NCBI GenBank assembly: GCA_964016885.1
Contig: OZ024748.1
Span: 25,482,001 to 25,546,000 of the forward strand
DNA length: 64,000 bases
Source: Eledone cirrhosa
Lineage: Eukaryota
Reading direction: 5' to 3'
Part shown: piece after piece, positions 13,801 to 28,800 of the stretch
Position numbering within the stretch: position 1 is the first letter of the stretch
How the letters are laid out: the number at the start of each line of letters is the position of its first letter
Position numbers and translations under genes: made by a program
The notes under the pieces: generated by a model
Told to the model about the DNA's origin: nothing
Database searches by the model: none
What the model saw: the letters and a program-made list of their open reading frames with translations, nothing else

Positions 13801-16800
13801 TGAAAGTACAACAGGTATCAAGAGGTGTGAAGACTGTCATATATTCTGAAAGTACAACAGGTATCAAGAGGTGTGAAGACTGTCACATAGTCTGAAAGTA
13901 CAACAGGTATCAAGAGGTGTGAAGACTGTCATATATTCTGAAAGTACAACAGGTATCAAGAGGTGTGAAGACTGTCACATAGTCTGAAAGTACAACAGGT
14001 ATCAAGAGGTGTGAAGACTGTCACATAGTCTGAAAGTACAACAGGTATCAAGAGGTGTGAAGACTGTCACATAGTCTGAAAGTACAACAGGTATCAAGAA
14101 GTGTGAAGACTGTCATATATACTGAAAGTACAACAGGTATCAAGAGGTGTGAAGACTGTCACATAGTCTGAAAGTACAACAGGTATCAAGAGGTGTGAAG
14201 ACTGTCACATAGTCTGAAAGTACAACAGGTATCAAGAAGTGCGAAGACTGTCACATATTCTGAAAGTACAACAGGTATCAAGAGGTGTGAAGACTGTCAC
14301 ATATTCTGAAAGTACAACAGGTATCAAGAAGTGTGAAGACTGTCACATATTCTGAAAGTACAACAGGTATCAAGAGGTGTGAAGACTGTCATATATACTG
14401 AAAGTACAACAGGTATCAAAAGGTGTGAAGACTGTCATATATTCTAAAAGTACAACAGGTATCAAGAGGTGTGAAGACTGTCACACATTCTGAAAGTACA
14501 ACAGGTATCAAGAGTTGTGAAGACTGTCACACATTCTGAAAGTACAACAGGTATCAAGAGTTGTGAAGACTGTCACACATTCTGAAAGTACAACAGGTAT
14601 CAAGAGGTGTGAAGACTGTCACACATTCTGAAAGTACAACAGGTATCAAGAAGTGTGAAGAGTGTCACACATTCTGAAAGTACAACAGGTATCAAGAGGT
14701 GTGAAGACTGTCACACATTCTGAAAGTACAACAGGTATCAAGAGGTGTGAAGACTGTCACATATTCTGAAAGTACAACAGGTATCAAGAAGTGTGAAGAC
14801 TGTCATATATACTGAAAGTACAACAGGTATCAAGAGGTGTGAAGACTGTCACATATTCTGAAAGTACAACAGGTATCAAGAGGTGTGAAGACTGTCACAT
14901 ATTCTGAAAGTATAACCGGTATCAAGAGGTGTGAAGACTGTCACATATTCTAAAAGTACAACAGGTATCAAGAGGTGTGAAGACTGTCACATAGTCTCAA
15001 AGTACAACAGGTATCAAGAGGTATGAAGACAGTCACATAGTCTGAAAGTACAACAGGTATCAAGAGGTGTAAAGACTGTCACATAGTCTGACAGTATAAC
15101 AGGTATCAAGAGGTGTGAAGACTGTCATATATTCTGAAAGTACAACCGGTATCAAGAGGTGTGAAGACTGTCATATATTCTGAAAGTACAACAGGTATCA
15201 AGAGGTGTGAAGACTGTCACATAGTCTGAAAGTACAACAGGTATCAAGAGGTGTGAAGACTGTCACATATTCTGAAAGTACAACAGGTATCAAGAGGTGT
15301 GAAGACTGTCACATATTCTGAAAGTACAACAGGTATCAAGAGGTGTGAAGACTGTCACATATTCTGAAAGTACAACAGGTATCAAGAGGTGTGAAGACTG
15401 TCACATATTCTGAAAGTACAACAGGTATCAAGAGGTGTGAAGACTGTCATATATTCTAAAAGTACAACACGTATCAAGAGGTGTGAAGACTGTCATATAT
15501 TCTAAAAGTACAACAGGTATCAAGAGGTGTGAAGACTGTCACATATTCTGAAAGTACAACAGGTATCAAGAGGTGTGAAGACTGTCATATATTCTGAAAG
15601 TACAACAGATATCAAGAGGTGTGAAGACTGTCATATATTCTGAAAGTACAACAGGTATCAAGAGGTGTGAAGACTGTCATATATTCTGAAAGTACAACAG
15701 GTATCAAGAGGTGTGAAGACTGTCACATAGTCTGAAAGTACAACAGGTATCAAGAAGTGTGAAGACTGTCACATATTCTGAAAGTACAACAGGTATCAAG
15801 AAGTGTGAAGACTGTCACATATTCTGAAAGTACAACAGGTATCAAGAGGTGTGAAGACTGTCATATATTCTGAAAGTACAACAGGTATCAAGAGGTGTGA
15901 AGACTGTCACATAGTCTGAAAGTACAACAGGTATCAAGAAGTGTGAAGACTGTCACATATTCTGAAAGTACAACAGGTATCAAGAGGTGTGAAGACTGTC
16001 ACATAGGCTGAAAGTACAACAGATATCAAGAGGTGTGAAGACTGTCACATAGTCTGAAAGTACAACAGGTATCAAGAGGTGTGAAGACTGCCACATATTC
16101 TGAAAGTACAACAGGTATCAAGAGGTGTGAAGACTGTCACATATTCTGAAAGTACAACAGATATCAAGAGGTGTGAAGACTGTCACATAGTCTGAAAGTA
16201 CAACAGGTATCAAGAGGTGTGAAGACTGTCACATATTCTGAAAGTACAATAGGTATCAAGAGGTGTGAAGACTGTCACATATTCTGAAAGTACAACAGGT
16301 ATCAAGAGGTGTGAAGACTGTCATATATACTGAAAGTACAACAGGTATCAAGAAGTGTGAAGACTGTCACATATTCTGAAAGTACAACAGGTATCAAGAG
16401 GTGTGAAGACTGTCACATATTCTGAAAGTACATAGGTATCAAGAGGTGTGAAGACTGTCACATAGTCTGAAAGTACAACAGGTATCAAGAGGTGTGAAGA
16501 GTGTCACACATTCTGAAAGTACAACAGGTATCAAGAAGTGTGAAGAGTGTCACACATTCTGAAAGTACAACAGGTATCAAGAGGTGTGAAGACTGTCACA
16601 TAGTCTGAAAGTACAACAGGTATCAAGAGGTGTGAAGAGTGTCACATATTCTGAAAGTACAACAGGTATCAAGAGGTGTGAAGACTGTCACATATTCTGA
16701 AAGTACAACAGGTATCAAGAGGTGTGAAGACTGTCACATATTCTGAAAGTATAACAGGTATCAAGAGGTGTGAAGACTGTCACATATTCTGAAAGTACAA

Positions 16801-19800
16801 CAGGTATCAAGAGGTGTGAAGACTGTCATATATTCTGAAAGTACAACAGGTATCAAGAGGTGTGAAGACTGTCATATAGTCTGAAAGTACAACAGGTATC
16901 AAGAAGAGTGAAGACTGTCACACATTCTGAAAGTACAACAGGTATCAAGAGGTATGAAGACTGTCACATAGTCTGAAAGTATAACAGGTATCAAGAGGTA
17001 TGAAGACTGTCACACATTCTGAAAGTACAACAGGTATCAAGAGGTGTGAAGACTGTCATATATTCTGAAAGTACAACAGGTATCAAGAGGTGTAAAGACT
17101 GTCACATATTCTGAAAGTACAACAGGTATCAAGAGGTGTGAAGACTGTCATATATTCTGAAAGTACAACAGGTATCAAGAGGTATGAAGACTGTCACATA
17201 GTCTGAAAGTACAACAGGTATCAAGAGGTGTGAAGACTGTCATATATTCTGAAAGTACAACAGGTATCAAGAGGTGTGAAGACTGTCACATAGTCTGAAA
17301 GTACAACAGGTATCAAGAGGTGTGAAGACTGTCATATATTCTGAAAGTACAACAGGTATCAAGAGGTGTGAAGACTGTCACATAGTCTGAAAGTACAACA
17401 GGTATCAAGAGGTGTGAAGACTGTCACATAGTCTGAAAGTACAACAGGTATCAAGAGGTGTGAAGACTGTCACATAGTCTGAAAGTACAACAGGTATCAA
17501 GAAGTGTGAAGACTGTCATATATACTGAAAGTACAACAGGTATCAAGAGGTGTGAAGACTGTCACATAGTCTGAAAGTACAACAGGTATCAAGAGGTGTG
17601 AAGACTGTCACATAGTCTGAAAGTACAACAGGTATCAAGAAGTGCGAAGACTGTCACATATTCTGAAAGTACAACAGGTATCAAGAGGTGTGAAGACTGT
17701 CACATATTCTGAAAGTACAACAGGTATCAAGAAGTGTGAAGACTGTCACATATTCTGAAAGTACAACAGGTATCAAGAGGTGTGAAGACTGTCATATATA
17801 CTGAAAGTACAACAGGTATCAAAAGGTGTGAAGACTGTCATATATTCTAAAAGTACAACAGGTATCAAGAGGTGTGAAGACTGTCACACATTCTGAAAGT
17901 ACAACAGGTATCAAGAGTTGTGAAGACTGTCACACATTCTGAAAGTACAACAGGTATCAAGAGTTGTGAAGACTGTCACACATTCTGAAAGTACAACAGG
18001 TATCAAGAGGTGTGAAGACTGTCACACATTCTGAAAGTACAACAGGTATCAAGAAGTGTGAAGAGTGTCACACATTCTGAAAGTACAACAGGTATCAAGA
18101 GGTGTGAAGACTGTCACACATTCTGAAAGTACAACAGGTATCAAGAGGTGTGAAGACTGTCACATATTCTGAAAGTACAACAGGTATCAAGAAGTGTGAA
18201 GACTGTCATATATACTGAAAGTACAACAGGTATCAAGAGGTGTGAAGACTGTCACATATTCTGAAAGTACAACAGGTATCAAGAGGTGTGAAGACTGTCA
18301 CATATTCTGAAAGTATAACCGGTATCAAGAGGTGTGAAGACTGTCACATATTCTAAAAGTACAACAGGTATCAAGAGGTGTGAAGACTGTCACATAGTCT
18401 CAAAGTACAACAGGTATCAAGAGGTATGAAGACAGTCACATAGTCTGAAAGTACAACAGGTATCAAGAGGTGTAAAGACTGTCACATAGTCTGACAGTAT
18501 AACAGGTATCAAGAGGTGTGAAGACTGTCATATATTCTGAAAGTACAACCGGTATCAAGAGGTGTGAAGACTGTCATATATTCTGAAAGTACAACAGGTA
18601 TCAAGAGGTGTGAAGACTGTCACATAGTCTGAAAGTACAACAGGTATCAAGAGGTGTGAAGACTGTCACATATTCTGAAAGTACAACAGGTATCAAGAGG
18701 TGTGAAGACTGTCACATATTCTGAAAGTACAACAGGTATCAAGAGGTGTGAAGACTGTCACATATTCTGAAAGTACAACAGGTATCAAGAGGTGTGAAGA
18801 CTGTCACATATTCTGAAAGTACAACAGGTATCAAGAGGTGTGAAGACTGTCATATATTCTAAAAGTACAACACGTATCAAGAGGTGTGAAGACTGTCATA
18901 TATTCTAAAAGTACAACAGGTATCAAGAGGTGTGAAGACTGTCACATATTCTGAAAGTACAACAGGTATCAAGAGGTGTGAAGACTGTCATATATTCTGA
19001 AAGTACAACAGATATCAAGAGGTGTGAAGACTGTCATATATTCTGAAAGTACAACAGGTATCAAGAGGTGTGAAGACTGTCATATATTCTGAAAGTACAA
19101 CAGGTATCAAGAGGTGTGAAGACTGTCACATAGTCTGAAAGTACAACAGGTATCAAGAAGTGTGAAGACTGTCACATATTCTGAAAGTACAACAGGTATC
19201 AAGAAGTGTGAAGACTGTCACATATTCTGAAAGTACAACAGGTATCAAGAGGTGTGAAGACTGTCATATATTCTGAAAGTACAACAGGTATCAAGAGGTG
19301 TGAAGACTGTCACATAGTCTGAAAGTACAACAGGTATCAAGAAGTGTGAAGACTGTCACATATTCTGAAAGTACAACAGGTATCAAGAGGTGTGAAGACT
19401 GTCACATAGGCTGAAAGTACAACAGATATCAAGAGGTGTGAAGACTGTCACATAGTCTGAAAGTACAACAGGTATCAAGAGGTGTGAAGACTGCCACATA
19501 TTCTGAAAGTACAACAGGTATCAAGAGGTGTGAAGACTGTCACATATTCTGAAAGTACAACAGATATCAAGAGGTGTGAAGACTGTCACATAGTCTGAAA
19601 GTACAACAGGTATCAAGAGGTGTGAAGACTGTCACATATTCTGAAAGTACAATAGGTATCAAGAGGTGTGAAGACTGTCACATATTCTGAAAGTACAACA
19701 GGTATCAAGAGGTGTGAAGACTGTCATATATACTGAAAGTACAACAGGTATCAAGAAGTGTGAAGACTGTCACATATTCTGAAAGTACAACAGGTATCAA

Positions 19801-22800
19801 GAGGTGTGAAGACTGTCATATATTCTGAAAGTACAACCGGTATCAAGAGGTGTGAAGACTGTCATATATACTGAAAGTACAACAGGTATCAAGAGGTGTG
19901 AAGACTGTCATATATTCTAAAAGTACAACAGGTATCAAGAGGTGTGAAGACTGTCATATATTCTGAAAGTACAACCGGTATCAAGAGGTGTGAAGACTGT
20001 CATATATTCTGAAAGTACAACAGGTATCAAGAAGTGCGAAGACTGTCACATATTCTGAAAGTACAACAGGTATCAAGAGGTGTGAAGACTGTCACATATT
20101 CTGAAAGTACAACAGGTATCAAGAGGTGTGAAGACTGTCACATAGTCTGAAAGTACAACAGGTATCAAGAGGTATGAAGACTGTCACATATTCTGAAAGT
20201 ACAACAGGTATCAAGAGGTGTGAAGACTGTCACACATTCTGAAAGTACAACAGGTATCAAGAGGTGTGAAGACTGCCACATATTCTGAAAGGACAACAGG
20301 TATCAAGAAGTGTGAAGACTGTCACACATTCTGAAAGTACAACAGGTATCAAGAGGTGTGAAGACTGCCACATATTCTGAAAGGACAACAGGTATCAAGA
20401 AGTGTGAAGACTGTCACACATTCTGAAAGTATAACAGGTATCAAGAGGTGTGAAGACTGTCACATATTCTGAAAGTACAACAGGTATCAAGAGGTGTGAA
20501 GACTGCCACATATTCTGAAAGTACAACAGGTATCAAGAGGTGTGAAGACTGCCACATATTCTGAAAGGACAACAGGTATCAAGAGGTGTGAAGACTGTCA
20601 CATAGTCTGAAAGTACAACAGGTATCAAGAGGTGTGAAGAGTGTCACATATTCTGAAAGTACAACAGGTATCAAGAGGTGTGAAGACTGTCACATATTCT
20701 GAAAGTACATAGGTATCAAGAGGTGTGAAGACTGTCACATAGTCTGAAAGTACAACAGGTATCAAGAGGTGTGAAGAGTGTCACACATTCTGAAAGTACA
20801 ACAGGTATCAAGAAGTGTGAAGAGTGTCACACATTCTGAAAGTACAACAGGTATCAAGAGGTGTGAAGACTGTCACATAGTCTGAAAGTACAACAGGTAT
20901 CAAGAGGTGTGAAGAGTGTCACATATTCTGAAAGTACAACAGGTATCAAGAGGTGTGAAGACTGTCACATATTCTGAAAGTACAACAGGTATCAAGAGGT
21001 GTGAAGACTGTCACATATTCTGAAAGTATAACAGGTATCAAGAGGTGTGAAGACTGTCACATATTCTGAAAGTACAACAGGTATCAAGAGGTGTGAAGAC
21101 TGTCATATATTCTGAAAGTACAACAGGTATCAAGAGGTGTGAAGACTGTCATATATTCTAAAAGTACAACAGGTATCAAGAGGTGTGAAGACTGTCATAT
21201 ATTCTAAAAGTACAACAGGTATCAAGAGGTGTGAAGACTGTCACATATTCTGAAAGTACAACAGGTATCAAGAAGTGTGAAGACTGTCATATATTCTGAA
21301 AGTACAACAGGTATCAAGAGGTGTGAAGACTGCCACATATTCTGAAAGGACAACAGGTATCAAGAGGTGTGAAGACTGTCACATATTCTGAAAGTACAAC
21401 AGGTATCAAGAGGTGTAAAGACTGTCACATAGTCTGAAAGTACAACAGGTATCAAGAGGTGTGAAGACTGTCACATATTCTGAAAGTACAACAGGTATCA
21501 AGAGGTGTGAAGACTGTCACATATTCTGAAAGTACAACAGGTATCAAGAGGTGTAAAGACTGTCACATAGTCTGAAAGTATAACAGGTATCAAGAAGTGT
21601 GAAGACTGTCACATATTCTGAAAGTACAACAGGTATCAAGAGGTGTAAAGACTGTCACATAGTCTGAAAGTATAACAGGTATCAAGAGGTGTGAAGACTG
21701 TCACATATTCTGAAAGTATAACAGGTATCAAGAGGTGTGAAGACTGTCACATATTCTGAAAGTACAACAGGTATCAAGAGGTGTGAAGACTGTCATATAT
21801 TCTGAAAGTACAACAGGTATCAAGAGGTGTGAAGACTGTCATATATTCTAAAAGTACAACAGGTATCAAGAGTTGTGAAGACTGTCACATATTCTGAAAG
21901 TACAACAGGTATCAAGAGGTGTAAAGACTGTCACATATTCTGAAAGTATAACCGGTATCAAGAGGTATGAAGACTGTCACATATTCTAAAAGTACAACAG
22001 GTATCAAGAGGTGTGAAGACTGTCACATATTCTGAAAGTATAACCGGTATCAAGAGGTATGAAGACTGTCACATATTCTAAAAGTACAACAGGTATCAAG
22101 AGGTGTGAAGACTGTCACATAGTCTGAAAGTACAACAGGTATCAAGAGGTGTGAAGACTGTCATATATTCTGAAAGTACAACAGGTATCAAGAGGTGTGA
22201 AGACTGTCATATATTCTGAAAGTACAACACGTATCAAGAGGTGTGAAGACTGTCATATATTCTGAAAGTACAACAGGTATCAAGAGGTGTGAAGACTGTC
22301 ATATATTCTGAAAGTACAACAGGTATCAAGAGGTGTGAAGACTGTCATATATTCTGAAAGTACAACAGGTATCAAGAGGTGTGAAGACTGTCATATATTC
22401 TGAAAGTACAACACGTATCAAGAGGTGTGAAGACTGTCATATATTCTGAAAGTACAACAGGTATCAAGAGGTGTGAAGACTGTCATATATTCTGAAAGTA
22501 CAACAGGTATCAAGAGGTGTGAAGACTGTCATATATTCTGAAAGTACAACAGGTATCAAGAGGTGTGAAGACTGTCATATATTCTGAAAGTACAACACGT
22601 ATCAAGAGGTGTGAAGACTGTCATATATTCTGAAAGTACAACAGGTATCAAGAGGTGTGAAGACTGTCATATATTCTGAAAGTACAACACGTATCAAGAG
22701 GTGTGAAGACTGTCATATATTCTGAAAGTACAACAGGTATCAAGAGGTGTGAAGACTGTCATATATTCTGAAAGTACAACACGTATCAAGAGGTGTGAAG

Positions 22801-25800
22801 ACTGTCATATATTCTGAAAGTACAACAGGTATCAAGAGGTGTGAAGACTGTCACATATTCTGAAAGTACAACAGGTATCAAGAGGTGTGAAGACTGTCAT
22901 ATATTCTGAAAGTACAACACGTATCAAGAGGTGTGAAGACTGTCATATATTCTAAAAGTACAACAGGTATCAAGAGGTGTGAAGACTGTCATATATTCTG
23001 AAAGTACAACAGGTATCAAGAGGTGTGAAGACTGTCATATATTCTGAAAGTACAACAGGTATCAAGAGGTGTGAAGACTGTCATATATTCTGAAAGTACA
23101 ACAGGTATCAAGAGGTGTGAAGACTGTCACATAGTCTGAAAGTACAACAGGTATCAAGAAGTGTGAAGACTGTCACATATTCTGAAAGTACAACAGGTAT
23201 CAAGAGGTGTGAAGACTGTCACATAGGCTGAAAGTACAACAGATATCAAGAGGTGTGAAGACTGTCACATAGTCTGAAAGTACAACAGGTATCAAGAGGT
23301 GTGAAGACTGCCACATATTCTGAAAGTACAACAGGTATCAAGAGGTGTGAAGACTGTCACATATTCTGAAAGTACAACAGATATCAAGAGGTGTGAAGAC
23401 TGTCACATATTCTGAAAGTACAACAGGTATCAAGAGGTGTGAAGACTGTCACATAGGCTGAAAGTACAACAGATATCAAGAGGTGTGAAGACTGTCACAT
23501 AGTCTGAAAGTACAACAGGTATCAAGAGGTGTGAAGACTGTCACATATTCTGAAAGTACAACAGGTATCAAGAGGTGTGAAGACTGCCACATATTCTGAA
23601 AGTACAACAGGTATCAAGAGGTGTGAAGACTGTCACATATTCTGAAAGTACAACAGGTATCAAGAGGTGTGAAGACTGTCACATATTCTGAAAGTACAAC
23701 AGGTATCAAGAGGTGTGAAGACTGTCATATATTCTGAAAGTACAACAGGTATCAAGAGGTGTGAAGACTGTCACATATTCTGAAAGTACAACCGGTATCA
23801 AGAGGTGTGAAGACTGTCATATATTCTGAAAGTACAACAGGTATCAAGAGGTGTGAAGACTGTCATATATTCTAAAAGTACAACAGGTATCAAGAGGTGT
23901 GAAGACTGTCATATATTCTGAAAGTACAACCGGTATCAAGAGGTGTGAAGACTGTCATATATTCTGAAAGTACAACAGGTATCAAGAAGTGTGAAGACTG
24001 TCACATATTCTGAAAGTACAACAGGTATCAAGAGGTGTGAAGACTGTCATATATACTGAAAGTACAACAGGTATCAAGAGGTGTGAAGACTGTCATATAT
24101 TCTAAAAGTACAACAGGTATCAAGAGGTGTGAAGACTGTCACACATTCTGAAAGTACAACAGGTATCAAGAGGTGTGAAGACTGCCACATATTCTGAAAG
24201 GACAACAGGTATCAAGAAGTGTGAAGACTGTCACACATTCTGAAAGTACAACAGGTATCAAGAGGTGTGAAGACTGCCACATATTCTGAAAGGACAACAG
24301 GTATCAAGAAGTGTGAAGACTGTCACACATTCTGAAAGTATAACAGGTATCAAGAGGTGTGAAGACTGTCACATATTCTGAAAGTACAACAGGTATCAAG
24401 AGGTGTGAAGACTGCCACATATTCTGAAAGTACAACAGGTATCAAGAGGTGTGAAGACTGCCACATATTCTGAAAGGACAACAGGTATCAAGAGGTGTGA
24501 AGACTGTCACATAGTCTGAAAGTACAACAGGTATCAAGAGGTGTGAAGAGTGTCACATATTCTGAAAGTACAACAGGTATCAAGAGGTGTGAAGACTGTC
24601 ACATATTCTGAAAGTACATAGGTATCAAGAGGTGTGAAGACTGTCACATAGTCTGAAAGTACAACAGGTATCAAGAGGTGTGAAGAGTGTCACACATTCT
24701 GAAAGTACAACAGGTATCAAGAAGTGTGAAGAGTGTCACACATTCTGAAAGTACAACAGGTATCAAGAGGTGTGAAGACTGTCACATAGTCTGAAAGTAC
24801 AACAGGTATCAAGAGGTGTGAAGAGTGTCACATATTCTGAAAGTACAACAGGTATCAAGAGGTGTGAAGACTGTCACATATTCTGAAAGTACAACAGGTA
24901 TCAAGAGGTGTGAAGACTGTCACATATTCTGAAAGTATAACAGGTATCAAGAGGTGTGAAGACTGTCACATATTCTGAAAGTACAACAGGTATCAAGAGG
25001 TGTGAAGACTGTCATATATTCTGAAAGTACAACAGGTATCAAGAGGTGTGAAGACTGTCATATATTCTAAAAGTACAACAGGTATCAAGAGGTGTGAAGA
25101 CTGTCATATATTCTAAAAGTACAACAGGTATCAAGAGGTGTGAAGACTGTCACATATTCTGAAAGTACAACAGGTATCAAGAAGTGTGAAGACTGTCATA
25201 TATTCTGAAAGTACAACAGGTATCAAGAGGTGTGAAGACTGCCACATATTCTGAAAGGACAACAGGTATCAAGAGGTGTGAAGACTGTCACATATTCTGA
25301 AAGTACAACAGGTATCAAGAGGTGTAAAGACTGTCACATAGTCTGAAAGTACAACAGGTATCAAGAGGTGTGAAGACTGTCACATATTCTGAAAGTACAA
25401 CAGGTATCAAGAGGTGTGAAGACTGTCACATATTCTGAAAGTACAACAGGTATCAAGAGGTGTAAAGACTGTCACATAGTCTGAAAGTATAACAGGTATC
25501 AAGAAGTGTGAAGACTGTCACATATTCTGAAAGTACAACAGGTATCAAGAGGTGTAAAGACTGTCACATAGTCTGAAAGTATAACAGGTATCAAGAGGTG
25601 TGAAGACTGTCACATATTCTGAAAGTATAACAGGTATCAAGAGGTGTGAAGACTGTCACATATTCTGAAAGTACAACAGGTATCAAGAGGTGTGAAGACT
25701 GTCATATATTCTGAAAGTACAACAGGTATCAAGAGGTGTGAAGACTGTCATATATTCTAAAAGTACAACAGGTATCAAGAGTTGTGAAGACTGTCACATA

Positions 25801-28800
25801 TTCTGAAAGTACAACAGGTATCAAGAGGTGTAAAGACTGTCACATATTCTGAAAGTATAACCGGTATCAAGAGGTATGAAGACTGTCACATATTCTAAAA
25901 GTACAACAGGTATCAAGAGGTGTGAAGACTGTCACATATTCTGAAAGTATAACCGGTATCAAGAGGTATGAAGACTGTCACATATTCTAAAAGTACAACA
26001 GGTATCAAGAGGTGTGAAGACTGTCACATAGTCTGAAAGTACAACAGGTATCAAGAGGTGTGAAGACTGTCATATATTCTGAAAGTACAACAGGTATCAA
26101 GAGGTGTGAAGACTGTCATATATTCTGAAAGTACAACACGTATCAAGAGGTGTGAAGACTGTCATATATTCTGAAAGTACAACAGGTATCAAGAGGTGTG
26201 AAGACTGTCATATATTCTGAAAGTACAACAGGTATCAAGAGGTGTGAAGACTGTCATATATTCTGAAAGTACAACAGGTATCAAGAGGTGTGAAGACTGT
26301 CATATATTCTGAAAGTACAACACGTATCAAGAGGTGTGAAGACTGTCATATATTCTGAAAGTACAACAGGTATCAAGAGGTGTGAAGACTGTCATATATT
26401 CTGAAAGTACAACAGGTATCAAGAGGTGTGAAGACTGTCATATATTCTGAAAGTACAACAGGTATCAAGAGGTGTGAAGACTGTCATATATTCTGAAAGT
26501 ACAACACGTATCAAGAGGTGTGAAGACTGTCATATATTCTGAAAGTACAACAGGTATCAAGAGGTGTGAAGACTGTCATATATTCTGAAAGTACAACACG
26601 TATCAAGAGGTGTGAAGACTGTCATATATTCTGAAAGTACAACAGGTATCAAGAGGTGTGAAGACTGTCATATATTCTGAAAGTACAACACGTATCAAGA
26701 GGTGTGAAGACTGTCATATATTCTGAAAGTACAACAGGTATCAAGAGGTGTGAAGACTGTCACATATTCTGAAAGTACAACAGGTATCAAGAGGTGTGAA
26801 GACTGTCATATATTCTGAAAGTACAACACGTATCAAGAGGTGTGAAGACTGTCATATATTCTAAAAGTACAACAGGTATCAAGAGGTGTGAAGACTGTCA
26901 TATATTCTGAAAGTACAACAGGTATCAAGAGGTGTGAAGACTGTCATATATTCTGAAAGTACAACAGGTATCAAGAGGTGTGAAGACTGTCATATATTCT
27001 GAAAGTACAACAGGTATCAAGAGGTGTGAAGACTGTCACATAGTCTGAAAGTACAACAGGTATCAAGAAGTGTGAAGACTGTCACATATTCTGAAAGTAC
27101 AACAGGTATCAAGAGGTGTGAAGACTGTCACATAGGCTGAAAGTACAACAGATATCAAGAGGTGTGAAGACTGTCACATAGTCTGAAAGTACAACAGGTA
27201 TCAAGAGGTGTGAAGACTGCCACATATTCTGAAAGTACAACAGGTATCAAGAGGTGTGAAGACTGTCACATATTCTGAAAGTACAACAGATATCAAGAGG
27301 TGTGAAGACTGTCACATATTCTGAAAGTACAACAGGTATCAAGAGGTGTGAAGACTGTCACATAGGCTGAAAGTACAACAGATATCAAGAGGTGTGAAGA
27401 CTGTCACATAGTCTGAAAGTACAACAGGTATCAAGAGGTGTGAAGACTGTCACATATTCTGAAAGTACAACAGGTATCAAGAGGTGTGAAGACTGCCACA
27501 TATTCTGAAAGTACAACAGGTATCAAGAGGTGTGAAGACTGTCACATATTCTGAAAGTACAACAGGTATCAAGAGGTGTGAAGACTGTCACATATTCTGA
27601 AAGTACAACAGGTATCAAGAGGTGTGAAGACTGTCATATATTCTGAAAGTACAACAGGTATCAAGAGGTGTGAAGACTGTCACATATTCTGAAAGTACAA
27701 CCGGTATCAAGAGGTGTGAAGACTGTCATATATTCTGAAAGTACAACAGGTATCAAGAGGTGTGAAGACTGTCATATATTCTAAAAGTACAACAGGTATC
27801 AAGAGGTGTGAAGACTGTCATATATTCTGAAAGTACAACCGGTATCAAGAGGTGTGAAGACTGTCATATATTCTGAAAGTACAACAGGTATCAAGAAGTG
27901 TGAAGACTGTCACATATTCTGAAAGTACAACAGGTATCAAGAGGTGTGAAGACTGTCATATATACTGAAAGTACAACAGGTATCAAGAGGTGTGAAGACT
28001 GTCATATATTCTAAAAGTACAACAGGTATCAAGAGGTGTGAAGACTGTCACATATTCTGAAAGTACAACAGGTATCAAGAGGTGTGAAGACTGTCACATA
28101 TTCTGAAAGTACAACCGGTATCAAGAGGTGTGAAGACTGTCACATATTCTGAAAGTACAACAGGTATCAAGAGGTGTGAAGACTGCCACATATTCTGAAA
28201 GTACAACAGGTATCAAGAAGTGCGAAGACTGTCACATATTCTGAAAGTACAACAGGTATCAAGAGGTGCGAAGACTGTCACATAGTCTGAAAGTACAACA
28301 GGTATCAAGAGGTGTGAAGACTGTCACATAGTCTGAAAGTACAACAGGTATCAAGAGGTATGAAGACTGTCACATATTCTGAAAGTACAACAGGTATCAA
28401 GAGGTGTGAAGACTGTCACACATTCTGAAAGTACAACAGGTATCAAGAGGTGTGAAGACTGCCACATATTCTGAAAGGACAACAGGTATCAAGAGGTGTG
28501 AAGACTGTCACATAGTCTGAAAGTACAACAGGTATCAAGAGGTGTGAAGAGTGTCACATATTCTGAAAGTACAACAGGTATCAAGAGGTGTGAAGACTGT
28601 CACATATTCTGAAAGTACATAGGTATCAAGAGGTGTGAAGACTGTCACATAGTCTGAAAGTACAACAGGTATCAAGAGGTGTGAAGAGTGTCACACATTC
28701 TGAAAGTACAACAGGTATCAAGAAGTGTGAAGAGTGTCACACATTCTGAAAGTACAACAGGTATCAAGAGGTGTGAAGACTGTCACATAGTCTGAAAGTA